Notes under the pieces: generated by a model | Databases searched by the model: none | What the model saw: the letters and a program-made list of their open reading frames with translations, nothing else | Told to the model about the DNA's origin: nothing | Made by a program: the position numbers and the translations under genes | NCBI RefSeq assembly: GCF_033153115.1 | Contig: NW_026889790.1 | Coordinates: 4,650,001-4,714,000, forward strand | From: Saccostrea echinata | Taxonomy: Eukaryota | Reading direction: 5' to 3' | DNA: 64,000 nucleotides | In this document: piece after piece, positions 24,846-35,714 of the stretch | How the letters are laid out: each line of letters begins with the position of its first letter | Numbering within the stretch: the stretch's first letter is position 1

Positions 24846-26828
24846 ATGAATATACTTGTAAAACAATTCATCTTGTTTGGCCTGTTCGTTACAGGTGAGA
24901 TAAGTTTTATTTCTGTGATCTTGGCCTGTTCGTTACAGGTGAGATAAGTTTTATTTCTGTGATCTTGGCCTGTTCGTTACAGGTGAGATAAGTTTTATTT
25001 CTGTGATCTTGGCCTGTTCGTTACAGATGAGATAAGTTTTATTTCTGTGATCACAAAAGCAAATTTCGAGCATGGATAACATAATGATTTGATATATAAA
25101 AATGATTTAGTGAATAATGCTTTACAACTAATGACATCTTCGGATGAAGAATTGGTACAAAAAATGAAAAAAAAAATTAACTGAAAATTCTTTCTGGTGG
25201 TTCGGGTTTAATTGCCTCGGTCTAGATTAGGGTATTGCTTCTGCTTCCAAATTAAAAGGTGTCTTTGAAATATCTTGTTATTTAGCAAAACAAGAGACCC
25301 ATTGGCCATAACCCTCACTTGATTAACATTGGAGCTGTTGTTCTTGAAAAGATTTTGAAAAGATTTTCCTTCTCTTTATCCCCATAATGGGAAAAAGTGT
25401 GACCCAATATTTTAGCTCCGATCTTACTCTTAAGGGTTTCAGAATCCACAGGACATGAGATGCGTTAACTTCAATATGACTTACATGGTCATGATGTTTT
25501 GGAGAAGAATTTTTTCTCTTTATACATGCATTATATAAAATTTGATCTCCCATCTTAACCCAACCCCAACCCAGAATCCATAATTTGAAAATCCACACAA
25601 CTTGAGAATGTTTGCAGATGAGAGTGTCTATTGTTGTTTCATAGAAAATTTTATTTATAAAAAAATTAAATATTAACATATAAAGTGTTATATAAATTTT
25701 GGCCCATCCAAGTCTCTGGGCATTGGTTCCTATTTAAAATTTGAATATACACTATCTGAGGATGCTTGCATATTAACATTACTAATTGCGGTCATGCATA
25801 TCCATATGTTTAACCTCAATTTATCTTCATTTATAACCCCGTCCTATCATTAATAATGATAATTTTTATCTTCAATAATGTAGAATCTACACTGTTACAG
25901 GTGGCCTTCACCCTCCCCCTTTTTATGACCTAGTGGTAGCTGCAGAACTGTAGCACTCCGAAAAAAAAATATTGACTTACCGGAGAGATAAAGTTATGAG
26001 TAGTACTGATTTTTTTTTTCTATATAACTTTTCCCATGGAAGATTTTGATCCCTTATTTTGCCTTTTCTTGATTGTCTATCCTTATAAAGGGGCTTAGCC
26101 CTTTATTTCAACAATTCTGACTTTCCTACACCCAAGGATGCCTTGTGCCAACTTTGGCTATTATTGGCCCAATGGTTCTCAAGAAAAAGGCCATCGATAT
26201 ATACCATTTTTACCAGGGATTACTTCATTTATTTGATCAATGTAAAGAGCCCATTACGTGTGCTATCGGTCGAGAAGAAATTTTTACTCCTCCTAGCAAA
26301 CAAAAATTTTGGATAATCATTGTTATTTGTCGATTTCTTTTAAACATTTCCTACCTGTTGTATACAGCCGCCTGCTACAGTTGTACGTACGATGGCCAAT
26401 GTAGCGGGAAGGTCAGCTGTCCAAGTGGTCAGGTGGAGGCTTGCTCAAGGAAACAGTGTTTTTGCAAAGTTGGAACATGTGAGTATTTTGCAGATTTACA
26501 GGTCGTCCAAACATGATTACTATGTACAGTAAAATGAAATATTTTATTTTTTGAAATACATTTTTACAGCAATTAGCAAGTTAAAGTAAAACTCACGTAT
26601 CTTTGTGTAAAGTGAACCGCTAATGACAAACTTAAAATAAAACTTTTAATCATTTTTAATACAGAAAGGATTAGGAATATTATAAACCGTACATAAATGT
26701 ACATACCTGCATGATTAACATTGGTGTATGATTTTGATTTAGATTGCTCGATTGATAGTAACTGCAAAGGCGTCTGCTACGAATCTCAGATATATGATTG
26801 TCGGTCATTACGATGTTTTTGTCATTAA
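24846..26828 (+). CDS. Secreted two-module 12-Cys peptide, copy 3 (intact, 81 aa precursor)
   Basis: Exons 24846-24894, 26368-26478 and 26743-26828 with phase-1 GT-AG introns give MNILVKQFILFGLFVTAACYS-CTYDGQCSGKVSCPSGQVEACSRKQCFCKVGTY-CSIDSNCKGVCYESQIYDCRSLRCFCH*. AATAAA at 26849; TATA upstream. Confidence 0.9.
24877..25052 (+). repeat. 44-bp tandem repeat (4 copies) spanning the exon 1 splice donor of peptide copy 3
   Basis: TTGGCCTGTTCGTTACAG|GTGAGATAAGTTTTATTTCTGTGATC x4; the last copy has AT instead of GT. Confidence 0.95.
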
Positions 26829-26989
26829 CCAAAAAACATATACTGAACAATAAAAAAATCATACTTGAGTTTTCTTATTTATTTCCGATGTCTAATAAAT
26901 CCAATTAATAGTAGTATACCCTTCTCCTTGTCTTTTATTAGAGATAAAGAATTTTCTGTTTTTGTTGTTTTTAATGATGTGTGTCGATA

Positions 26990-28092
26990 TGTGGTAGTTG
27001 TACTTAGTTTTATTTTATTTTAATTAATGCTATATATTTTATTTCAGGAATTTCATTCATTCATTCATCCATACATCTATACAAGCCCTGCGCCTGCATT
27101 ACTAATATATTATTTATTTATATGTTTAAATCATAAACATCCCTATTTAAATAATGGTTTAACCCAAAGACTATGGGTTAAGGTAGATATAAGGATTAGT
27201 CCATTTATAAATAAGGGTATTGTCTGTTTTCCTACATTCTATTGGTCAGTTGGTATTGTTTGGTCAAAGTTGTTCATTCAGGCGGGAAACCTTTGTTTTA
27301 TGATTCTATTCGGAGATTTTTGTCTGAGAAGGATGTAGAGATCTGGTTGTCTGTTAAAATTTGATTTATATATATATTGGATAAATTAGATATCTATAAA
27401 TAGTAAGTAAATCCTTTTCTTAAACTAATTAAATGATCATAAACTAAAATTAAAGGTAATGAATGAAATAATAAAGTATTTTAATATAAACTTGCTAAAT
27501 GAGTATGAATGTGCTAGAGTGAAAGTTCTAAAGTTATTAAAGTTAAGATTGATATTGTAAAGTAAGAGCAAGTTATGTTTTAATCTAATTCATGTAGATC
27601 TTTGGAATTAAGATCTGGGTTTGAATTATTATGATTTTGTAATTTATTAATCCATTAGGTCATCATGTAATAACTCTTAAAGTCATCCTGCATGATCAAG
27701 AGATAAATCACTCAGTTCCATACACTGGTATGTTAAACTCATATTTTTAAAGTATTGTAAATATTTCAGTATAGAGAAATATAATTTACATCATTAATTC
27801 AGTAAGAGTTTCAAAGAGTTATCGCCCTATGAATGCGTTTATATAAAGTGTAAAGTAATGGCCTAAATGAATGTTTTATGTGTTTAAATTGTGATCGTTT
27901 TGTGTTGTAAAGTGAATGTGCTTGTTTATATGTTGTCTATGTATTTATATGTTGTTATTGTTATTTTAGGGTTGATTTAAAACATTTATTTCATCTTGAA
28001 ATCAACTATATATCTCCACGGAATAAATACTAAGAATCCAACCCTATATACCATCTTGCAGTTATTTTTAATTTCTACAAGAACCGGTTACA
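26990..28092 (+). mobile_element. Solo LTR (~1.1 kb) with a 4-bp GATA TSD
   Basis: gata|TGTGG...GGTTACA|gata; AATAAA near the 3' end (28023). The paralogous flank at ~20020-20050 (TGATGTGTGTCGATAC...TTGAGCTA) shows the empty site. Confidence 0.8.
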
Positions 28093-28719
28093 GATACTTT
28101 GAGCTAAATACTGTATAGCTACATACTGTATAACTCACATTAGATCTAACATACAGCTAAGCTCAACTTAAAAAGAACATGCGATCTGACGGAGGACCTA
28201 CCATGCAAATAAATAATGGATGTATAATTTTACTATCTAACGTATACGGCTCAACTAATAAAGGACCTATTTTGTGTAATATTTCCCTGCCATGTATACG
28301 AGAATGGCCGGGACACTTACTTGACATTAGCTGTCTCTTTTTCATCCATCTTTCCGTCAGTCAATCCGTCAATAACACTTTTTAGTTATGTTCGATATGT
28401 ATGTAAATGCATAGAGTTTGAAAATATCTTGAATCATGTATCTTTGCAAGCACCAGGCAATCAGTATTACGTTACTCTACAGATAAAAAATTGTAGGGAA
28501 AGTAGTCCCAGAGAATTGATATGTTAATGTATATAGAGTATTTGTCTACAACTGAGCGGAAATTCATCGGTGTCAGAATTTTACGACCTTGACCTTTCTT
28601 ATGATTCGGAACTCACTTTTCTGCCAGGATTTTCTGACCATGACATTTCCTATGAACATGAACTCGCATTGTCTGATTTGCGTGTAGCCAAATCTCAGAA
28701 AAAAGTTTTACGATATCTT

Positions 28720-29371
28720 ATGTCGATACGATATATCCTGGTGAACTTGAGATAAAAGATACCACAGAGTCTGACATATCTGTTTCATATTTGGATATTT
28801 TACTTGAAAAAGACGTTAATGGTAATCTAACAACCAAGCTTTATGATAAACGTGATGACTTTAACTTTTCAATCGTCAACTTCCCTTACTTATGCAGCAA
28901 TATACCTTCATCACCTGCATACGGGGTATATATCTCTCAGTTGATTCGATACGCAAGAGCATGCTCTACGTATGTACAATTTCTAAAACGAGGTAAATTA
29001 TTGACAAATAAGTTGATGAAACAAGAATATCAGCTGTCTCGTTTAAAGTCATCATTTCGTAAGTTCTATGGTTGATACAATGACCTTATCAGCAAATACA
29101 ATTTATCATTGAGTCAAATGCTGACTGACTTTTTTCATACTAATTGTTAGGCCGTTATTTACACACTGAATTGTCGACGGATTTTTCCGTTATTTCCCGA
29201 TCATGACAAGGAGCACACGGCGGGTGTGACCGGTCGGCAGGGGATGCTCACTCCTCCATGGCACCTGATCCCACCTCTGATGTTTGGAGGTCCGTGTTTG
29301 CTCTGCTCCTATTTTGTATTGTATAATGGACTTCTGAGCTTGAATACTGTTCGTTGTCTCCATATATTTCA
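28720..29371 (+). mobile_element. 5'-truncated Penelope-like (Naiad-type) retroelement
   Basis: YPGELEIKDTTE...YLDILLEKD..LTTKLYDKRDDFNFSIVNFPYLCSNIP..PAYGVYISQLIRYARACS. The ORF ends shortly after RT with no C-terminal GIY-YIG, consistent with the N-terminal-endonuclease Naiad clade. Confidence 0.85.
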
Positions 29372-29609
29372 TTCCATCAAACTTCATACACATATTACTG
29401 AAATTAATCCAAATATAATTTTTTATGGCATTAATTTCACTTTTATTCGGGAGATGTTGTATGCTCAGTACATAGTTGACCAGTGAATTACCGTGTAACA
29501 ATATATTTTTTGAGGATAACGTTTACTCAGATGACAAAAAAACAGTGATAGGAATTGTACATTGTAGACCTGTGATTCTAGTCATTATTCATTTTCAGAT
29601 AAATAGGTC

Positions 29610-30563
29610 AATGACTTTGGCCTTCAACTCGACGTTTAGATATATTGACGCTTTATCAATTAACAATAGTTATTTCCATTCATATGTCGATGCGATACTA
29701 GTATATCCAAGCGAACTTGAAATAAAAGACACCACAGAATCTGTTTCATATTTGGATATTCTACTAGAAAAAGACGTTAATGGTAACCTAACAACAAAAC
29801 TTTATGATAAATGTCATGACTTCAACTTTTCCATCGTCAGCTTCCCTTATTAATGTACCAATATCCCTTATCACCTGCATATGGGTTTAGGTGAAATATA
29901 TGGAGATAACGAACAGTATTCAAGCTCAGAAGTTCATTAAACAATACAAAATAGGAGCAGAGCAAACACGGACCTCCAAAACATCAAAGGTGGGATCAGG
30001 TGCCATGGAGGAGTGAGCATCCCCTGCCGACCGGTCACACCCGCTGTGTGCTCCTTGTCATGATCGGGAAATAACGGAAAAATCCGTCGACAATTCAGAG
30101 TGTAAATAATGACCTAACAATTAGTATGAAAAAAAGTCAGTCAGCATTTGACTCAAAGATAAATTGCCTTTGCTGTCAAGGTTTAGGTCTCCCAGTTGAT
30201 TCGATACGCAAGAGCATGCTCTACGTACGATCAATTTTTAAAACGAGGCAAGCTATTAACCACCAAATTGATGAAACAAGGATATCAACAGTCTCGTTTG
30301 AAGTTACCATTGTTCTATGGTCGATACAATAACTTTATCAGCAAATGCAATCTATCATTAGGTCAAATGCTGTCTGAAGTTTTCCATACTAATTGTTAGG
30401 CCATTATTTATACACTGAAATTTCTACGGATTTTTCCGCTTACTCATCCATGGCACCTGATCCCGACTCTTAAGCTTTTGGAGATCCGTGTTTGCTCTGC
30501 TCCCGATCTGTATTGTTTAAATGAACTATGAGATTGAATATTGTTCGTTATCTCCATATTTCA
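29610..30563 (+). mobile_element. Penelope-like element interrupted by an inverted 3'-end copy (29891-30160, - strand)
   Basis: RT text (FRYIDALS...YPSELEIKDTTES...) stops at ~29890, an inverted 3' segment follows, then the RT resumes (SQLIRYARACS) at ~30185. Confidence 0.85.
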
Positions 30564-31208
30564 TAATGCGGGCAATGATCAAATTCTTGAAATATGCTGT
30601 CTGGAATGGTTTTTATTTATATTTTTGACATTCCTCCTTACATACCATTCAATTATTTGAGAAGATACCTGAGCTTTAATACACATATTATCTGCAAAAT
30701 GATATTTAAAAAACACGTAGATTCTTAACTTTCAGAATTATATTGGCCCAAAAAATTAAAAAAAAATTTAAAAAATTAAAATTTTATCCCAGTTTTCTCT
30801 GCACATCCATAAATTTACCTTTGTTCTTGCATATTTTCTTCAAATAGTAAAACTTTTGATATTGGTTTATGACATGGTTATTTTATCCATTTAGAACAAT
30901 GTTTGATTAAAGATATTGTACTTTATTAATATATACAGAGCAATCCGTTTCTGTCAACCAAAACTCCGAGTAAACATCCAGAATGCATGCATCGTATACA
31001 CTTTCAAGGATTTTAATGAAAAAAAGATCTGATTACTTACAGAATCCTGTTCAAAGCGAAGGTTAAAAACATGTTTTATGTAATAATACACTACGTCAGC
31101 ATATGTCCACGTTTACATGTTCAAAATATATCCTGGTAGCCTAGCTTATATAGACGTTTAATTATAGATACGCAGCAGATAGGTACAGAGATAAAAAGAC
31201 TATACAGC

Positions 31209-32599
31209 ATGAGCGTACTAGTTAAACACTTGGTATTCATTGGACTTTTTGTTAAGGTGAGTTAGGTTTTATTTCTGAGCACTAAAACAAATATTTCAAA
31301 GGTTTCCAAGCACATATAACATAAAATATAGAATGACGAACATTAATCAAGCTCAAAAGTCCATTGAAACAATACAAATTATAAAAGTTTTTAATTTAAA
31401 TGTTCTAGAGTACATATAGTTTTTTACTACTATTGACTTTCACGGGTTAGCGTCAAGAAAGGAAAAAAACATGATATTTCCGTTGGTTTTGGTTTATACT
31501 GCAAAATCTGAGGAGGGGTATTTTTGTTCTCAGTCTGGATAAAGGTACTTTTTCTGGTTCCAGATTATCGGTATCTTTAAAATATCTACATGCTGCAGGT
31601 ATGTCATTGTGCAAAAATGATTAAATTCAGTAAATTAAAAAAAGGATACAATGTCACTTTCTAGGTTCATTTTTAGTCAATTATATCATTTTTATCGCAT
31701 TAAAACAATTGTAAGTACCTTTGCATTATCGTTGTCAAATCTCTTTGAAACTTGTCTTTACTTTACAGCCTCCTGCTACAACTGTACGAATGATGGTCAA
31801 TGTAGCGGGAAGGTCAGCTGTCCAAGTGGTCAGATGGTAGCTTGCTCACGAAGACAATGTACCTGCAAAGTGGGGACATGTGAGTACTTTTCAGTTTACA
31901 AGTCAACCAAACACTGTGACTACTGAGTAAGTACTTATTAATTCCATGTACGGCAGCCAAGTGCAAACTACTTATTGCCACTGCCAATATTCTCTATAGC
32001 GGAGAGGCATAGTGAATGTAGGCTGTGCCTTACCAGTTCTCTAAAAAGATGCTACTGCCAACTAATATTGTTTACATCTGATATTGCCATTGAATTTTTT
32101 TTTAATTCTGAAACTCTGTGATTAGTAAGTCAAAGAAGGTAGAACTTGAAATAAAGACTCAGACCCTAGAGAGAGAGAGAAAGAAAGAAAGAAAGGGAGA
32201 AAGAGAGATCATTATAGGAACATTTTTTATACTAATAAATATATTAATCTTCTTCAGACTAGAAATACTTTATACCTGGGTTTTTTTTTTTACCTAAGTG
32301 TAATCATTGATAATTGATAATTTTAAACATATTTAAACCTAACAACAAGCAAAATTTGACTCATTAGGAAATGAAAATCAATCTGATCCAGGACAGAATT
32401 ATGTATATATGTTGACCTATAGGTCCAAGAATCGTTTGCAACAGTAATTTTTATTGCAAGGGTCAAAGTTATAAACAAATTACTAACTATGATTCATTAC
32501 GTATATTTTTTAGGGTGTTTGTTTGATCGTAACTGCAGAGATGACTGCTACCCAAATCAAATATATGATTGTCGGTTTTTACGATGTTATTGTCACTAA
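31209..32599 (+). CDS. Secreted two-module 12-Cys peptide, copy 4 (1-nt deletion at the exon 1 donor; frame restored only if the +4 GT is used)
   Basis: Exon 1 31209-31256 or -31260 (MSVLVKHLVFIGLFVK[V]); exon 2 31769-31879 (SCYNCTNDGQCSGKVSCPSGQMVACSRRQCTCKVGT); exon 3 32514-32599 (WCLFDRNCRDDCYPNQIYDCRFLRCYCH*). AATAAA at 32602. Confidence 0.75.
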
Positions 32600-32863
32600 A
32601 TAATAAACACTGAAAAATAAAGAAGCGTTTTTCTATAGATGATTTCTCTTGATTATTTGCAATTTTAAATCAATAGTTGTTTACCCCTACCTTTATCTTT
32701 TACTTGAAATTTGAGATCATTATAGGAACTTTTTTATACTAATAAATATGTCAATCTTCTTCAGACTGGAAATTCTCGATACTTGTTTTTTTTTTTACTT
32801 AAGTGTAATAATTGATAATTTTTACACATATTTAAACCTAAAAAACAAGCTATAGTTGACTCA
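32205..32863. repeat. ~155-bp direct repeats (32205-32363, 32713-32863) flanking exon 3 of peptide copy 4
   Basis: GAGATCATTATAGGAAC...CTTCTTCAGACT...ACATATTTAAACCTA...TTGACTCA is present twice. Confidence 0.88.
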
Positions 32864-33729
32864 GTCTAGTAGTCTTTGTATAGTTTTATTTGTTTCCTTG
32901 TTTAGTTGATATTTTGTTGTTGTTGTTGTTTGTGTTTTTTTTCCTTTATATTGAGAGACTTGACTGGCTATAACTGACATACATTTAAGTAGATGAAAAC
33001 CTGAAATAAAACTTAAATATACAAAATTCTGGTGATCAATTGATTTAAGAGAAGGAATAAAATACAGTTGCTGTAATAGAGTACCTGGCATAAACTGTAT
33101 AACTAGCAATGGATCTGATACGTTCGCTTCTAGTAATAGAGTACCTTCCATGCAATACAATAATAGGACATGTGAAATACAATTTCACTCATAAGTAGAT
33201 GAAATATGGAGATAATGAACAGTATTGAAGCTCACAGTCCATTCAAATACGGACCTCTAAAAATATCAGAGGCGGGATCAGGTGCCATGAATGAATATAG
33301 ATATGATATACAACTCAACTAACAGAGGACCTACCATGTAATTTATTTTTCTTCACTTGATAATGAAAACACAAAATGTTTCCAAATATTGCAGAGTTGC
33401 AATTGAGACAAATATTGCCCCTAACTAGAGCTGGCTTTGAGTGTATCCTATAGTACATTCAAAGCAGTGCGTGTTTGAGAATTTATATACAATCATCGAG
33501 GGTAGACTTCTTGCACAATAATAATGAATAATAATGAAATTAAAATTGTAAAACAATATTTCTATATGTGGCTTAAATTTTTTGGCTAACTGGTTCCTTT
33601 CATTGTTCGATGAAATATGTTGTGCAAATAGCAACCAAAGTACATGTAATTTAAAATCACAAAATTGTGTTCTATAGCATCAAAATGCAAGCAAATCAAC
33701 AGAATCAATAGAAACTGGCAAATGTTGAC

Positions 33730-34015
33730 CTCAAACGAGATTGTAGATACCCTTGTATCTCAATTTGTTTGTCAGTAGCCTGTCTCATTTTAGGAATTGT
33801 TCATACGAAGATCATGTTCCTGCCTATTGAATCAACTGTGAGACGTAAACCTCGAGCTCATATGTAGTTGACAGTGGTATATTGCTACTTAAATAAGAGT
33901 AGTTGAGGTTGAAGTTGTCACGTTTATCATAAAGCTTAATTGTTGCTTTACCATCAATGTCTTTCTCCAGAAAATATCCAAATATGAAGCGGTGGTGTCA
34001 GACTCCGTGGTTTCA
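33730..34015 (-). mobile_element. Degraded Penelope-like fragment
   Basis: Reverse-strand remnant of YLDIFLEKDIDGK..KLYDKRDNFN. Confidence 0.7.
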
Positions 34016-35077
34016 ATTAACTTGAGTGACCTTACCTAAGGGTCCTGGCATGATCATGCAAGTTAAACATGTATCAATTACTACCTTTTTTTTTTACCTG
34101 TTTCTCCGTTACAAAATTATGGGCCTTGTAGATGGAAATTTGCACTTACATCCCTCCTTGAGCTTATCCAACTGACCTTTAATCGATATAATAAGGCATC
34201 ATCGGGTCATAATCTATCTGTCTTAAATCTGTCTTCTAACAATCTTTCTCCATTACAAACTTAGGAACCTGACATAACTTTTACACTTCCAAATCTTTCC
34301 TGCGATTTTGACTTTCCTCGTATGACCTCCATTACACCATTTTGCAAAAACGAGCGTCTGGCGTTTTTTACATGGCAAAGTTACATCCCTTCCACTTTTG
34401 TGAAAATTGTGAGTTTTTCCTAATGAGTCCAGGTCAAAGCACTTTCATTTGAGAAAATATCAATATTCCCAGCATGAGATTTTACTGTTTCTCCATAATA
34501 TAGTAATGGAAGTAACACGTTATATATAATTCATTTGACTGATTTTCTGCCAGTGATTATGATTATTATTGTTTAACGCCGAGTCGGCAATATTTCAGCC
34601 ATATTATTTAGTTCCAAATCATTACATTGTTATTACAGCTACCATTTGACAAAGTTCACAGTCTCCATGCTTTTTATGATGTACGGAAGTTTTGAGGAAG
34701 GTTGCAGTAAAAGAAAACATACCCAAAAAATACGTCCCCAAAATGTTCAGTTGGGGTTTACTTTATATACTTTTGACATGACACAGAGTTAACTGATATG
34801 AGCTCTGGAGCTTAATATTCTACTTTAGAGAATTTGTCTCCTATTCATTTTGTTTGAGTTGATGTATTCTATTGCAGCACCTATTAAAATTATCCGATTT
34901 TGCTTCTTCTTTTTTTTAATTCTGAAATTCTTTTCACTTTATTTTTTTTTTTTCTATTAATTTATTTTCATTGTTTTACGCGAGTACTAAATATCGCCAA
35001 ATGACTCTGAGACGTCATATAACGAAAATATGAATTCGCTAGTGGACTGTTCATAAAACGGCAATATTTAAAAAAAA

Positions 35078-35714
35078 ATCGGTAGCGCTTAGTACTATTG
35101 AAGTATTGTAACTTTTTCTATACAGTCGATAGTGCTAAGTACTATTGACATGTCACATTTTTTCTACAAAACAAAATCATTAGCGCTACGTACTATAAAG
35201 GTGTCGGGTTTTTTTTTATTATGGTAGCCCTGAGTACTACTGAAGTGTCCTAACATTCTCAATATAGTCGGTAGCGCTAAGTTCTATTGGCGCCTTGTAA
35301 CTTTTTTTCTATATAGTCGGTAGCGCTAAGTTCTACTGGCGCCTTGTAACTTTTTTTCTATATAGTCGGTAGTGCTAAGTACTATTGGCGCCTTGTAACT
35401 TTTTTTCCTATATAGTCGGTAGTGCTAAGTTCTACAGGCGCCTTGTAACTTTTTCTATATAGTCGGTAGCGCTAAGTACTATTGGCGCCTTTTAACTTTT
35501 TTTCTATATAGTCGGTAGCGCTAAGTTCTATTGGCGCCTTGTAACTTTTTCCCTATATAGTCGGTAGCGCTACGTTCTATTGGCGCCTTGTAACTTTTTT
35601 TCTATATAGTCGGTAGCGCTAAGTACTATTGGCGCCTTGTAACTTTTTTTCTATATAGTCGGTAGTGCTAAGTACTATTGGCGCCTTGAAACTTTTTTTC
35701 TATATAGTCGGTAA
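35078..35714. repeat. ~49-bp minisatellite (about 9 conserved + several degenerate copies)
   Basis: ATATAGTCGGTAGCGCTAAGT(A/T)CTATTGGCGCCTTGTAACTTTTTTTCT tandem units. Confidence 0.95.

Noticed and set aside
29073-29075. In-frame TGA (also 51162-51164) as selenocysteine in a Naiad selenoprotein
   Set aside because: The third copy has CGA (Arg) at this site, so CpG decay explains it. The position is not a Cys site, and no convincing SECIS (apical AA) is visible in the 3' motif.
35078-35714. CRISPR-like appearance of regular repeats (also 61730-62470 and 1-900)
   Set aside because: Units are head-to-tail with no unique spacers, there are no cas genes, and the context is eukaryotic: these are minisatellites/satellite.
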